Shown: positions 10,131-18,584, numbered from the stretch's first letter. The stretch is 64,000 nucleotides of DNA from an uncultured Candidatus Saccharibacteria bacterium (GCA_964391975.1 CAYMNZ010000001.1:132465-196464); one strand, 5' to 3'. Notes: a model not told the origin generated them from the letters alone. Made by a program: numbers and translations.

Positions 10131-10160
10131 CAAAACACCGCCCAGCTGGGCGGTGTTTTG
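10131..10160. terminator. Bidirectional intrinsic terminator
   Basis: Perfect 30-bp palindrome CAAAACACCGCCCAG/CTGGGCGGTGTTTTG with T tracts on both strands. Confidence 0.8.
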
Positions 10161-10205
10161 TTATACACACGTAGTGCTCATGACGTGTGTGCTAGACAGA
10201 GGTAT

Positions 10206-10745
10206 ATGAACATACTCGCTTTGTCAGGAAGTTTGAGAAAAGAATCGTTTAATAGCGCGTTGCTACGGGAGTTCGTGAAGCAAGCGCCGGAGGGAGTTAC
10301 CATCGACGTCGCCGACATAGGTGCTCTTCCGCTCTATAACCAAGATCGGGAGGCGAACTTCCCGGCGGAGGCTGCGGCGTTGAAGTCAAAGATAAAGGCG
10401 GCAGACGGTATCCTTATCTCAACGCCCGAGTACAACCGCTCAATACCGGGGGTACTCAAAAACGCAGTGGACTGGACCAGCCGTCCGTACGGGGACAGTG
10501 CGTGGGACGGGAAGCCCGTGTATATCGTCGGAGCTACTGGTGGGCAAATTGGAACGGCGGTAGGGCAGTACGCACTCAAACAATCAATGCTGTATCTCAA
10601 CACTCGCGTGCTGGGGCAGCCCGAGTTCTATCTTTCGTTTGCGACCGATAAGTTCGACGAGAAGGGGAATCTCACCGACGCTTCGACTGTAGAGCATGTC
10701 GAAAAGGCGCTTGCCGCTTTCATCGGGTTTATTGGCGAGCGTTAA
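10206..10745 (+). CDS. NAD(P)H-dependent FMN reductase (ChrR-like)
   Basis: GSLRKESFN, TPEYNRSIPGVLKNAVDW; start set at MNILALSG. Confidence 0.9.
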   Translation: MNILALSGSLRKESFNSALLREFVKQAPEGVTIDVADIGALPLYNQDREANFPAEAAALKSKIKAADGILISTPEYNRSIPGVLKNAVDWTSRPYGDSAWDGKPVYIVGATGGQIGTAVGQYALKQSMLYLNTRVLGQPEFYLSFATDKFDEKGNLTDASTVEHVEKALAAFIGFIGER

Positions 10746-11355
10746 GTTCTTTCTTTGCGTTCCAGACTTCGCGGGCGCTCACGAGTACGCTTATAAGTAC
10801 GATGACGCCGAGAATTGGGAGAAGATACTTATCAATGTCCGGGATGAGCGTGCCGAGGTAGTACCCCAGAAGGGTGACGGATATTCCCCAGAGCAATGCG
10901 CCGATGACGTTGAAGCGCAAGAAGGCGTTGTAGGGCATACGTCCCATGCCAGCAGCAATAGGCACCAGCGTGCGCAGCAGAGGAAGGAAGCGAGCCAGAA
11001 TAAGTGCAAGCCCTCCGTATTTGGTATAGAAACGCTCAGCGCGCTCAAGGTGCCGCTTGTTCATAAAGAGCGCGTCGTCTTTGGTGAAGAGCTTGGGGCC
11101 ATAGTGCGAGCCGAACCAATACCCAGCGCTGTCGCCCAAAATTGCTGCAACGACGATGGTGATGATAAGTGGTACCAGGTCGAAGGCATTACTTGCGGCA
11201 AGGAGTCCGGCAGAGAAGAGAAGGGTATCGCCCGGAAGCGGCAGCACCATACCAATGGGTACACCCGACTCCACAAACACTATGAGGAACACGCCTACGT
11301 ATCCCACCCCCTCGATGAGTTCGGGGAGGGTGGCGTTGAGGAAGGGAATATCCAT
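10729..11355 (-). CDS. DedA family membrane protein
   Basis: ESG..LPGDTLLFSAG, GDSAGYWFG, ARFLPLLRT. Confidence 0.92.
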   Translation of the reverse strand: MDIPFLNATLPELIEGVGYVGVFLIVFVESGVPIGMVLPLPGDTLLFSAGLLAASNAFDLVPLIITIVVAAILGDSAGYWFGSHYGPKLFTKDDALFMNKRHLERAERFYTKYGGLALILARFLPLLRTLVPIAAGMGRMPYNAFLRFNVIGALLWGISVTLLGYYLGTLIPDIDKYLLPILGVIVLISVLVSAREVWNAKKELNARQ

Positions 11356-11360
11356 CGCGC

Positions 11361-11370
11361 TAGTATACTA
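11361..11370. promoter_or_regulatory. Palindromic bidirectional -10 element
   Basis: TAGTATACTA gives TATACT on both strands, 6 and 8 nt from two divergent ATGs. Confidence 0.65.
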
Positions 11371-11377
11371 TTTCCTT

Positions 11378-11800
11378 ATGGAAGAAAGGGAATTTGAAGC
11401 ACTTGCGCTCTCTGAATGGGAAGGCATGCCGGAACGTTTTAAGGAGCGGGTAACGAATGTTGCCCTCTTGGTTGAAGACGAGCCGAGCGAGCAGATACGA
11501 AAGGAAGAGGGACTTCAGAAAGGAGAGACGCTTCTTGGGGTCTATCACGGCGTTCCTGCGACCGCGCGCGGAAGCGATTATGGTGTTGGAGGCACGCTTC
11601 CGGACACCATCACGCTCTTCCGCCTCCCGATACTGGCAGAGGCTTCCGAGCTTACGGATACCGAGACCAGTCAGTTTCGCGAAAATGTGAAGCGAGTGGT
11701 GCGGGAGACTATTTGGCACGAGGTGGGCCATTACTTCGGACTTGAGGAAGAGCCTATTAATGAGCGCGAGGGGGAAGGGACGAATAGGTTCGAATCCTAG
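11378..11800 (+). CDS. Zincin-like metallopeptidase (DUF1025-like)
   Basis: LLGVYHGVP, PDTITLFR, HEVGHYFG; start set at MEEREFE. Confidence 0.85.
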   Translation: MEEREFEALALSEWEGMPERFKERVTNVALLVEDEPSEQIRKEEGLQKGETLLGVYHGVPATARGSDYGVGGTLPDTITLFRLPILAEASELTDTETSQFRENVKRVVRETIWHEVGHYFGLEEEPINEREGEGTNRFES

Positions 11801-11808
11801 TCTGTCAG
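11785..11808 (+). repeat. tRNA(Gln)-like 3' fragment (att-like site A)
   Basis: TAGG-TTCGAAT-CCTAG-TCTGTCA-G: T-arm, acceptor 3' strand and G discriminator, with no 5' half. Confidence 0.65.
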
Positions 11809-11828
11809 CACGTTGTAAGATATAGCCA

Positions 11829-12680
11829 ATGAGCTTCTGGCTAATTCTCACGCTCCTTAGCGTCCTTGTGGCTTCAGTTGCCACAATCCTTCAGAAGGTT
11901 CTGATGAGTGGGGAGAGAAGTGATCCGTATTCATATGCGGTCGTTTTCCACTTACTTATGGGGTTTGTGGCGCTTACGTTCGGCTTGGTGAGCGGAACTG
12001 ATTTTTCTCTATTCCAAGGAAATATCTGGATGCTTCTGCTTGCCGCTGCGCTATGGGGAACGTGTCAGGTTTTTCTCTTCAAGGCACTACAGCTGGCGGA
12101 AGCATCAGAGGTAACTATCGTCTCAGGAGTACGAGTAATAGTGACAATCCTTGCTTCCGTTATTTTCCTTAACGAGGTCTTTACCGGATGGAATGTAGTT
12201 GGGACGGTCCTCATTCTTGTTTCAACGGTACTCATAGCCAACAGGAAGAAAGGCTTTACGTTCGACAAGGGGCTCTTCTATACGCTTGCGATGGCGTTCT
12301 TCGGGGGACTCGCCATAGTCGCTGACTCTGCAAACGTGCAGCAGTATGAGGTGCTTGCCTACAGTACGTTTTCTAACGTACTGGCCGGACTGTTCATACT
12401 CGCCGTATATCCGAAGACGTTTACGCAATGGAAAACGTTCGTAAATCCAAGTTTCTTGCTAAAGATGCTGCCTGTTGCAGTCTTTAGCGTCACTCAGGGC
12501 ATGTTGTATCTTTTTGCGTTCACGTACGGAGAACATACCGCTGAGATAGGGACCATACGGCAGGCGTCAGTCATTGTGACGGTCTTGCTTGCTGTTCTCT
12601 TCCTTGGAGAGCGGGATAACCTTTGGAAGAAGTGTATTGCTGCGATTTTAGTGACCGTAGGAGTATTTTTCTTAAGCTAG
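11829..12680 (+). CDS. DMT/EamA family transporter
   Basis: Two EamA-like repeats with FLNE and FLGER ends. Confidence 0.85.
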   Translation: MSFWLILTLLSVLVASVATILQKVLMSGERSDPYSYAVVFHLLMGFVALTFGLVSGTDFSLFQGNIWMLLLAAALWGTCQVFLFKALQLAEASEVTIVSGVRVIVTILASVIFLNEVFTGWNVVGTVLILVSTVLIANRKKGFTFDKGLFYTLAMAFFGGLAIVADSANVQQYEVLAYSTFSNVLAGLFILAVYPKTFTQWKTFVNPSFLLKMLPVAVFSVTQGMLYLFAFTYGEHTAEIGTIRQASVIVTVLLAVLFLGERDNLWKKCIAAILVTVGVFFLS

Positions 12681-12703
12681 GTTCCAACATCGTCCAGACA
12701 GCC
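12680..12703 (+). repeat. Degenerate site C of the GGTTC-N14/15-CAGC family
   Basis: GGTTCCAACATCGTCCAGACAGCC fills the whole intergenic gap and is nearly identical to 49296-49320. Confidence 0.55.
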
Positions 12704-13270
12704 ATGTACTTCGTCTACCTCCTAGAGTGCGACGACACGAGTATCTATACCGGCATTACCACCGACGTCGACCGCCGCTTTGACGAGCACAAGTCAGGTA
12801 AGGGCGGCCACTTCACTCGTTCGAGGAAGGTAAGGAAAGTTCTCTACAGCGAACCACAGCCTGACCGGAGCAAGGCGCTTAAGCGAGAAGCGGAGATTAA
12901 GGGATGGACGCGCGCCAAGAAACTAGCGCTCGTAAAAGGCTATACTGTCCCCATGGAACCCAAGAAGCCGGTAACCGAGGAGGAAGGAGACTACGAGCAC
13001 TACCACCAGGACGGCACGCTCTGGGCCAAGGGCAAGATTCTTGCAGGGAAGATGGAAGGACCGTGGGTGTGGTTTAGGAAGGACGGCAGCAAGATGCGCG
13101 CAGGTACGTTCAAGGCCGGGACCCAGAAAGGAATGTGGACTACCTACGACCGGAAGGGGAAGGTGGTGAAGGTAACTGACTTTGGCCAGGTGTGCACACG
13201 AGGACATCGATATAAGGGCACGGGCGCTTGCCCAGTTTGTTGGAAAGGTTCACGTAAGAAAAAAGCATAA
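12704..13270 (+). CDS. GIY-YIG nuclease (UPF0213-like) fused in frame to a MORN/YwqK-like repeat domain and a Cys/His tail
   Basis: YFVYLLEC..SIYTGITTD..RR..EH, ALKRE..IK; then YHQDG/WFRKDG/YDRKG repeats; CTRGH..CPVC. Confidence 0.8.
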   Translation: MYFVYLLECDDTSIYTGITTDVDRRFDEHKSGKGGHFTRSRKVRKVLYSEPQPDRSKALKREAEIKGWTRAKKLALVKGYTVPMEPKKPVTEEEGDYEHYHQDGTLWAKGKILAGKMEGPWVWFRKDGSKMRAGTFKAGTQKGMWTTYDRKGKVVKVTDFGQVCTRGHRYKGTGACPVCWKGSRKKKA

Positions 13271-13272
13271 CT

Positions 13273-13743
13273 ATGACTGAACAAGCACTATTTGCAGCGG
13301 GGTGTTTTTGGGGCGTGGAAGCCGCGTTCCTTGCGGTTCCGGGTGTCACTGACGCTGAGAGTGGCTACATTGGCGGACACACCGAGAACCCAACGTATGA
13401 ACAGGTGTGCACCGACACGACGGGGCACGCAGAGGCAGTGCGGGTCACCTTTGACCCTTCGAAGGTCACGTACGAAACCTTAGTGCGCAAGTTCTTCGAG
13501 CTCCATGACCCAACCCAACTGAACCGTCAGGGGCCAGACACAGGAACGCAATACCGCACTGGACTCTTCTACCTCACTGAGGAGCAGAAGGAAGTTGCAG
13601 AGAAGGTAAAGAAGGATTTGCAGCCCTCATTCCATCCAAAGACGATTGCAACAGAAATTACTGCAGCCACTCCGTTCTATCGCGCAGAAGAATACCACCA
13701 GCGGTATTTTGAGAAGCACCCGAACGCGGTCTGTCACCTCTAG
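13273..13743 (+). CDS. msrA: Peptide-methionine (S)-S-oxide reductase
   Basis: GCFWGVE, TGHAE, QYR, AEEYHQRY. Confidence 0.96.
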   Translation: MTEQALFAAGCFWGVEAAFLAVPGVTDAESGYIGGHTENPTYEQVCTDTTGHAEAVRVTFDPSKVTYETLVRKFFELHDPTQLNRQGPDTGTQYRTGLFYLTEEQKEVAEKVKKDLQPSFHPKTIATEITAATPFYRAEEYHQRYFEKHPNAVCHL

Positions 13744-14138
13744 CCTTCCTTCTTCTCAAACGCAAGACACACGGAGTTGATGCAGTAACGCTTGCCACCC
13801 TTCTCGGTCGGTCCGTCATTAAAGACGTGGCCTAAATGCCCGCCACACTTCTTACAGAAGACTTCGGTGCGGTGCATGCCGTAGGTATCGTCAGGGCGTG
13901 TGCCGACATTCTCCGCAACGGCAGGGTCAGTGAAGGAGGGCCAACCAGTTCCTGAATCAAACTTCGCGTCCGACGAGAAGAGGGCAGTGCCGCATGCTTT
14001 GCATTTGTACATGCCGCTCTCGTGGTGGTCGACAAACTTTCCAGAGAAGGGAGCTTCGGTCTCCTGCTCGCGGAGCACCCGGTATTCCTCATCAGTGAGC
14101 TTTGCCTTCCACTGGTCGTTATCCGTGGTGGGTTCCAT
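13740..14138 (-). CDS. msrB: Peptide-methionine (R)-S-oxide reductase
   Basis: CKAC, SGTGWPSF, HLGHVFNDGP, RYCINS. Confidence 0.96.
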   Translation of the reverse strand: MEPTTDNDQWKAKLTDEEYRVLREQETEAPFSGKFVDHHESGMYKCKACGTALFSSDAKFDSGTGWPSFTDPAVAENVGTRPDDTYGMHRTEVFCKKCGGHLGHVFNDGPTEKGGKRYCINSVCLAFEKKEG

Positions 14139-14164
14139 ATCGAATAGTGTACTATGGCTCTACT

Positions 14165-14614
14165 ATGAACCGCACCACCGCTCTCTGGATACTCATTGTG
14201 ATTGCTGTTATTGGCCTTGCTGACGCGACGTATTTGTCGATGAACGCGCTCAACTCCACTCCGCTAGTCTGCGATATCCAGGGACTCGACGACTGTAATG
14301 CGGTAGCAGAGAGCCCCTACTCCCGCGTTATAGGCATTCCACTTGCCGTGTACGGTCTCGGCTTTTACGCCCTCGCCATTGTTCTTATCGGCTACCTTTT
14401 CGCGCGTCCGTCTCGTCTTGCCGCAAAGCTCTTGTTGCTCGTGACGGCGCTTGGTGTTCTCGCCTCTATCTACTTCCTTTACCTCCAGGTCTACGTCATT
14501 GAGGCCGTCTGCATCTACTGCCTAGGCTCTGCACTGGCCTCATTCCTCCTATGTGGCCTCTCTATTGCCGTCTGGAAGCGCCTCGTGCCACAGCCGCCAG
14601 CCGTGATACCATAA
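14165..14614 (+). CDS. Vitamin K epoxide reductase (VKOR) family protein
   Basis: C..C..V..SPYS..GIP loop cysteines and CIYC motif; TMs. Confidence 0.9.
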   Translation: MNRTTALWILIVIAVIGLADATYLSMNALNSTPLVCDIQGLDDCNAVAESPYSRVIGIPLAVYGLGFYALAIVLIGYLFARPSRLAAKLLLLVTALGVLASIYFLYLQVYVIEAVCIYCLGSALASFLLCGLSIAVWKRLVPQPPAVIP

Positions 14615-14618
14615 TTCA

Positions 14619-15770
14619 ATGATTACGAGGTCGGCCCTCATCGGTCTCATTCTTCTCTTCTCGCTTGTAGGCTATGGGGTAGCCTCCGCAGCTGAGGAGC
14701 CACTCCTTGTCTCCGATACCCCTTCAGACAACGCGTACCTCTTTGGTTCTGACGTTCGTGTCGCAACCAGTGTACCTAAGGATGTTGCTGCGCTCGCGGG
14801 CACCCTCGTCATTGCCGCACCAGTAGGAGGAGATGGTCTTTTTGGAGGAGGGAACATTGATGTTCGTGAAGCAATCGGTGGCGACCTTCGCGCGATAGGA
14901 GGGCGTCTTTTCATAGAGAAAGATGTTGCAGGCGACCTTATCGCAGCAGCAGGTTCAATCACCGTTTCGGGAAAGGCCACGGACGTGCGCCTTGCAGGAG
15001 GTAACGTCACGCTCACCGGTGGAGCAGGGGGTTCGGTCATCATTTACGGAGCCAACGTTACGCTCTCAGGCGAATACGCAGAAGATGTAACGGTCGTTGC
15101 TTCAGACCGCTTTGCACTCGGAGAAGGCGCGATTATTCACGGTGTCCTTAAATACAACGCTCCCCAGGAGGCGGCCATTCCAGCCTCAGCCACCATTGAT
15201 GGGGGCGTCACCTACACTGGTTCCTCGTCCTTCCTGCCGACCACTGAGGAGGCAGAGACCTTCGCACTTGCAGGCCTTGGCGTCTTCTTCTTGGTGCGAC
15301 TGGTGTCTGCTGCCGTTGCTGCCGGACTCATCGCTGGTCTCTTCCCAGCCTTCACACAGCGCATCGTTGACCGCACGCTCACGAAGTCGGCTGGACGCTT
15401 CGCGCTCCTCGCGCTCATTGGCTTTGCCGTCATGATTGCAACTCCCGTGCTGGTATTCGTCCTCATGATTTCGTTTGCAGGAATTGGCATTGGGCTTGTG
15501 GTGGGCGCTGCCTATGTACTCCTCATGCTTCTTGCCTACCTCTACGCGGGCGTTCTTGCCGGAAGCGCGATTATGACGGGCATCTTCAAGCGCGCACGCG
15601 TCACCTGGAAGCATGCAGTTCTTGGCATGCTCGTATTGAGGCTTGTGGGTATCATCCCAGGTATTGGGTTCCTGCTATCGGTCGTTCTTACTGCAGCTGC
15701 GCTCGGCGCCCTTGTCATCACCTGCTACAAGTTTGCATTCGCACGCGGCGTCGACCCGCTTTCTGAATAA
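14619..15770 (+). CDS. Membrane protein with bactofilin-like beta-helix ectodomain and C-terminal TM bundle
   Basis: Signal peptide, repeated V.GD....GG.V.V units, then several TMs. Confidence 0.7.
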   Translation: MITRSALIGLILLFSLVGYGVASAAEEPLLVSDTPSDNAYLFGSDVRVATSVPKDVAALAGTLVIAAPVGGDGLFGGGNIDVREAIGGDLRAIGGRLFIEKDVAGDLIAAAGSITVSGKATDVRLAGGNVTLTGGAGGSVIIYGANVTLSGEYAEDVTVVASDRFALGEGAIIHGVLKYNAPQEAAIPASATIDGGVTYTGSSSFLPTTEEAETFALAGLGVFFLVRLVSAAVAAGLIAGLFPAFTQRIVDRTLTKSAGRFALLALIGFAVMIATPVLVFVLMISFAGIGIGLVVGAAYVLLMLLAYLYAGVLAGSAIMTGIFKRARVTWKHAVLGMLVLRLVGIIPGIGFLLSVVLTAAALGALVITCYKFAFARGVDPLSE

Positions 15771-16435
15771 TGCCTTCCAGTAGCAAGGAGCGCCGAGCGC
15801 GTGCGGCCCTGATTCTCCGCTACCTCAAGAAGGCGTATCCGAGTCCGGAAACGGAGCTCAATTTCTCTACGCCGTACCAGTTGGTTGCCTCAGTGATGCT
15901 CTCCGCCCAGACCACCGACAAACAGGTGAATAAGGTTACTGAGACTCTCTGGAAGAAGTACAAGACAGTCGCAGACTTCGCAAACGCAAAGTACGCAACC
16001 TTCGACAAGGAGATTTCCTCGGTCTCTTTCCATCGCCATAAGGCGAAGGCGATTATCGCCGCCGCAAAGCTCATACTGAAGATGCACAAAGGAAAGGTGC
16101 CAAAGACCGAAGCGGAGCTCGTTGCGCTCCCGGGTATTGGCTACAAGACTGCACACGTCATCCTCGGCGAGCTGCATGATATTTGGGAGGGAATACCCAC
16201 CGATACCCACGTCAGACGTTTTGCGCTCCGCTTCGACCTTACTGACAAAACGGACCTCACCAAGATTTCCAAAGACCTTGAGGAACTGGTCCCCAAGAAA
16301 GACTGGAAGTATGTGAACAATGGGTTCGTGCTCTATGGCCGATATATCTGCCCAGCACGCCCGCACCCTTGTGAGGACCATCCATTAACCAAGCTGTGGC
16401 CGCCGGCTGCTAAACGATGGCCCAAGGCGAAATGA
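15770..16435 (+). CDS. nth: Endonuclease III (HhH-GPD glycosylase)
   Basis: LSAQTTDKQVN, LPGIGYKTA, DTHV; the Fe-S motif is degenerate. Confidence 0.9.
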   Translation: MPSSSKERRARAALILRYLKKAYPSPETELNFSTPYQLVASVMLSAQTTDKQVNKVTETLWKKYKTVADFANAKYATFDKEISSVSFHRHKAKAIIAAAKLILKMHKGKVPKTEAELVALPGIGYKTAHVILGELHDIWEGIPTDTHVRRFALRFDLTDKTDLTKISKDLEELVPKKDWKYVNNGFVLYGRYICPARPHPCEDHPLTKLWPPAAKRWPKAK

Positions 16436-16447
16436 TAGGATAAGGCC

Positions 16448-17137
16448 ATGGATAAGCGTCCCGTAGCGGTATTTGATATCGATGGCACCATCTTCCGTGC
16501 CTCCTTGTTCCTCGAGCTCGTGGAGCGATTGATTGAGGAAGGCATCTTTCCTTCAGACTGCCGTGCGGACTATCAGGCCGAGCACGAGAAGTGGCTCAAC
16601 CGCGAAGGCGATTACGAAGCGTACCTCGAGAAGGTCATCAAGGTGTTCCAGGGCCACATCAAAGGCGCGCCGTACGACCGCGTGGAGCAGATTGCAACGG
16701 ATATCATCGAGCACAAGAAGAACCGCGTCTATCGCTACACTCGCGACCTCGTGAAGAAGCTAAAGAGCGAAGGCTACTTTCTGCTCGCTATCTCGCATTC
16801 GCCTCGCTTCATGGTCGACGCGTTTGGCTTCGAGCTTGGGTTCGACAAGGTCTACGGTTTCTTCTACGAGACAGGACCGTCAGGCGCACTGACCGGGAAT
16901 GTCGAGGACCTCGATCTCATTCGCAACAAGGCGGCGGTGCTCCAGCGCGCAGTACGGAAAGAGAACCTCGCGCTTGAAGGTTCCATTGGCATCGGTGACA
17001 CTGAAAGCGACATTCCAATGCTTGAGATGGTAGAGACCGCAATTGCGTTTAATCCCAACCGCAAGCTCTACGAGCACGCGAAGAAGCGTAACTGGAAGGT
17101 AGTCGTTGAGCGCAAGGATGTCATCTACGAGCTCTAA
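16448..17137 (+). CDS. HAD-IB family phosphatase (SerB-like)
   Basis: FDIDGT, GDTESDIPML, FNPN. Confidence 0.88.
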   Translation: MDKRPVAVFDIDGTIFRASLFLELVERLIEEGIFPSDCRADYQAEHEKWLNREGDYEAYLEKVIKVFQGHIKGAPYDRVEQIATDIIEHKKNRVYRYTRDLVKKLKSEGYFLLAISHSPRFMVDAFGFELGFDKVYGFFYETGPSGALTGNVEDLDLIRNKAAVLQRAVRKENLALEGSIGIGDTESDIPMLEMVETAIAFNPNRKLYEHAKKRNWKVVVERKDVIYEL

Positions 17138-17927
17138 GATTGCCGCGTTCCGGAAGACGGTCTGGGACCACTATAAGAAACAGGGAAGACACGAACTCCC
17201 TTGGAGGAAAACCAAGGACCCCTATCGCATCCTCGTCTCCGAAGTGATGCTTCAGCAGACACAGGTGGAGCGCGTCATTCCGTATTACAAGGATTGGTTG
17301 CGTAAGTTCCCAACTGCAAAAGCTTTGGCAAAAGCATCACTGGCTGATGTGCTTCGCGCGTGGCAGGGACTCGGGTACAACCGCAGGGCGAAGAACCTGC
17401 AGGCGGCGGCAAGGGAAGTGGCGAAGCAGGGGAAGTTCCCTGAGGATCTAGAGTCACTTCCGGGCGTTGGTCCCTACACTGCTCGGGCGGTTAAGGCCTT
17501 CGCACATAATGAAGATGTTGTATTCATTGAAACCAACATTCGCACGGTCGTCACGCATCATTTCTTCTCGAACAAAGAGAAAGTAGAGGACAAGGAGATC
17601 CTACCTATACTCGAGAAAGCACTTCCGAAAGGTAAGAGCAGGGAATGGTACGGCGCCCTTATGGACTACGGTAGCTTCCTCAAGCGCTCGGGAGTGCGCA
17701 TCAACTCCAAAGCCAAGGCGTATAAGAAACAGGAAGCGTTCGAAGGCTCACGGAGGCAGGCGCGTGGCGCAATCCTGAAGGCGCTGGCGAAAGGACCCAG
17801 AACAGCATCGTTTCTTATCGAGATTATGGGACCGAAGCGCAGAGCACAGATGCGGGCACAGTTAGCTTCACTTACCAAGGAAGGGTTTATCGAGCTATCG
17901 AGACGGAGCTTTCGTCTGCTGCGCTAA
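17118..17927 (+). CDS. mutY: Short MutY-like A/G-specific adenine glycosylase
   Basis: LPWR, DPYRILVSEVMLQQTQV, WQGLGYNRRA, LPGVGPYTA; contains no Cys. Confidence 0.82.
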   Translation: MSSTSSKIAAFRKTVWDHYKKQGRHELPWRKTKDPYRILVSEVMLQQTQVERVIPYYKDWLRKFPTAKALAKASLADVLRAWQGLGYNRRAKNLQAAAREVAKQGKFPEDLESLPGVGPYTARAVKAFAHNEDVVFIETNIRTVVTHHFFSNKEKVEDKEILPILEKALPKGKSREWYGALMDYGSFLKRSGVRINSKAKAYKKQEAFEGSRRQARGAILKALAKGPRTASFLIEIMGPKRRAQMRAQLASLTKEGFIELSRRSFRLLR

Positions 17928-18584
17928 GGCAGATTCGACGACTCTTTGCATGACAATCCGTACCGGCATTGCCTTCGGATGGCCCTCAGGAGTACGTTCG
18001 AAAATAGACAGAGGACGGTAGCCACTGGTGTTGTCGTAATCGACGTAATATTTATCGGTTACGCCAACGTTGGCCATGATGTCTTCGTAGAGTTCTCGGC
18101 TTTCATCAGTAGGTTCGTACCCAAGCTTGTCGAGCCACTTCAGTACGTCGTACTGATCAAACTCGGCTGAAATAGTCATTGGCTGTCTTTGACGTTCTAC
18201 GAGCTGACGTGCAAAATCCTCGGTTTGGAGATAGAGCGCAGTTCCTGTGCCTTGGCCGTGTTCAATCTTCACCTCCCGATGGGAGAGAACGGCATCGTGG
18301 GCGTCGATAATGGTGAGGGTCATGGATGCGACATACTCCTCCTTTGCGCCTGGAAGATCAGCGATGTAATGGAACCATACGAGCCTTCCTGCGCCGACCC
18401 GTTCATGAATTACCAGAAGACGTGCAGGACCCTCTATACCCGGCACCTTCTCCGTCCGTTCATAATAGGTCTCACCCGAGGAATCTAGGAGAAGCCTCTC
18501 AAGGTCTTTTAAAGGAATGGGGGTTACGGTACGGGGGCCCTCGGGAGAGGAAATAGCGTCTTCTCGGTTCAGTGTCTCAGACAT
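17895..18584 (-). CDS. Hypothetical protein, probable GNAT fold
   Basis: HGQGTGTALY acetyl-CoA loop-like motif, KLGYE; start set at ATG 18584 after a TATAGT box. Confidence 0.55.
   Translation of the reverse strand: MSETLNREDAISSPEGPRTVTPIPLKDLERLLLDSSGETYYERTEKVPGIEGPARLLVIHERVGAGRLVWFHYIADLPGAKEEYVASMTLTIIDAHDAVLSHREVKIEHGQGTGTALYLQTEDFARQLVERQRQPMTISAEFDQYDVLKWLDKLGYEPTDESRELYEDIMANVGVTDKYYVDYDNTSGYRPLSIFERTPEGHPKAMPVRIVMQRVVESALAQQTKAPSR

Noticed and set aside
10131-10160. Perfect 30-bp palindrome as a REP/MITE
   Set aside because: Single copy, directly after a stop codon, with T tracts; an ordinary terminator explains it
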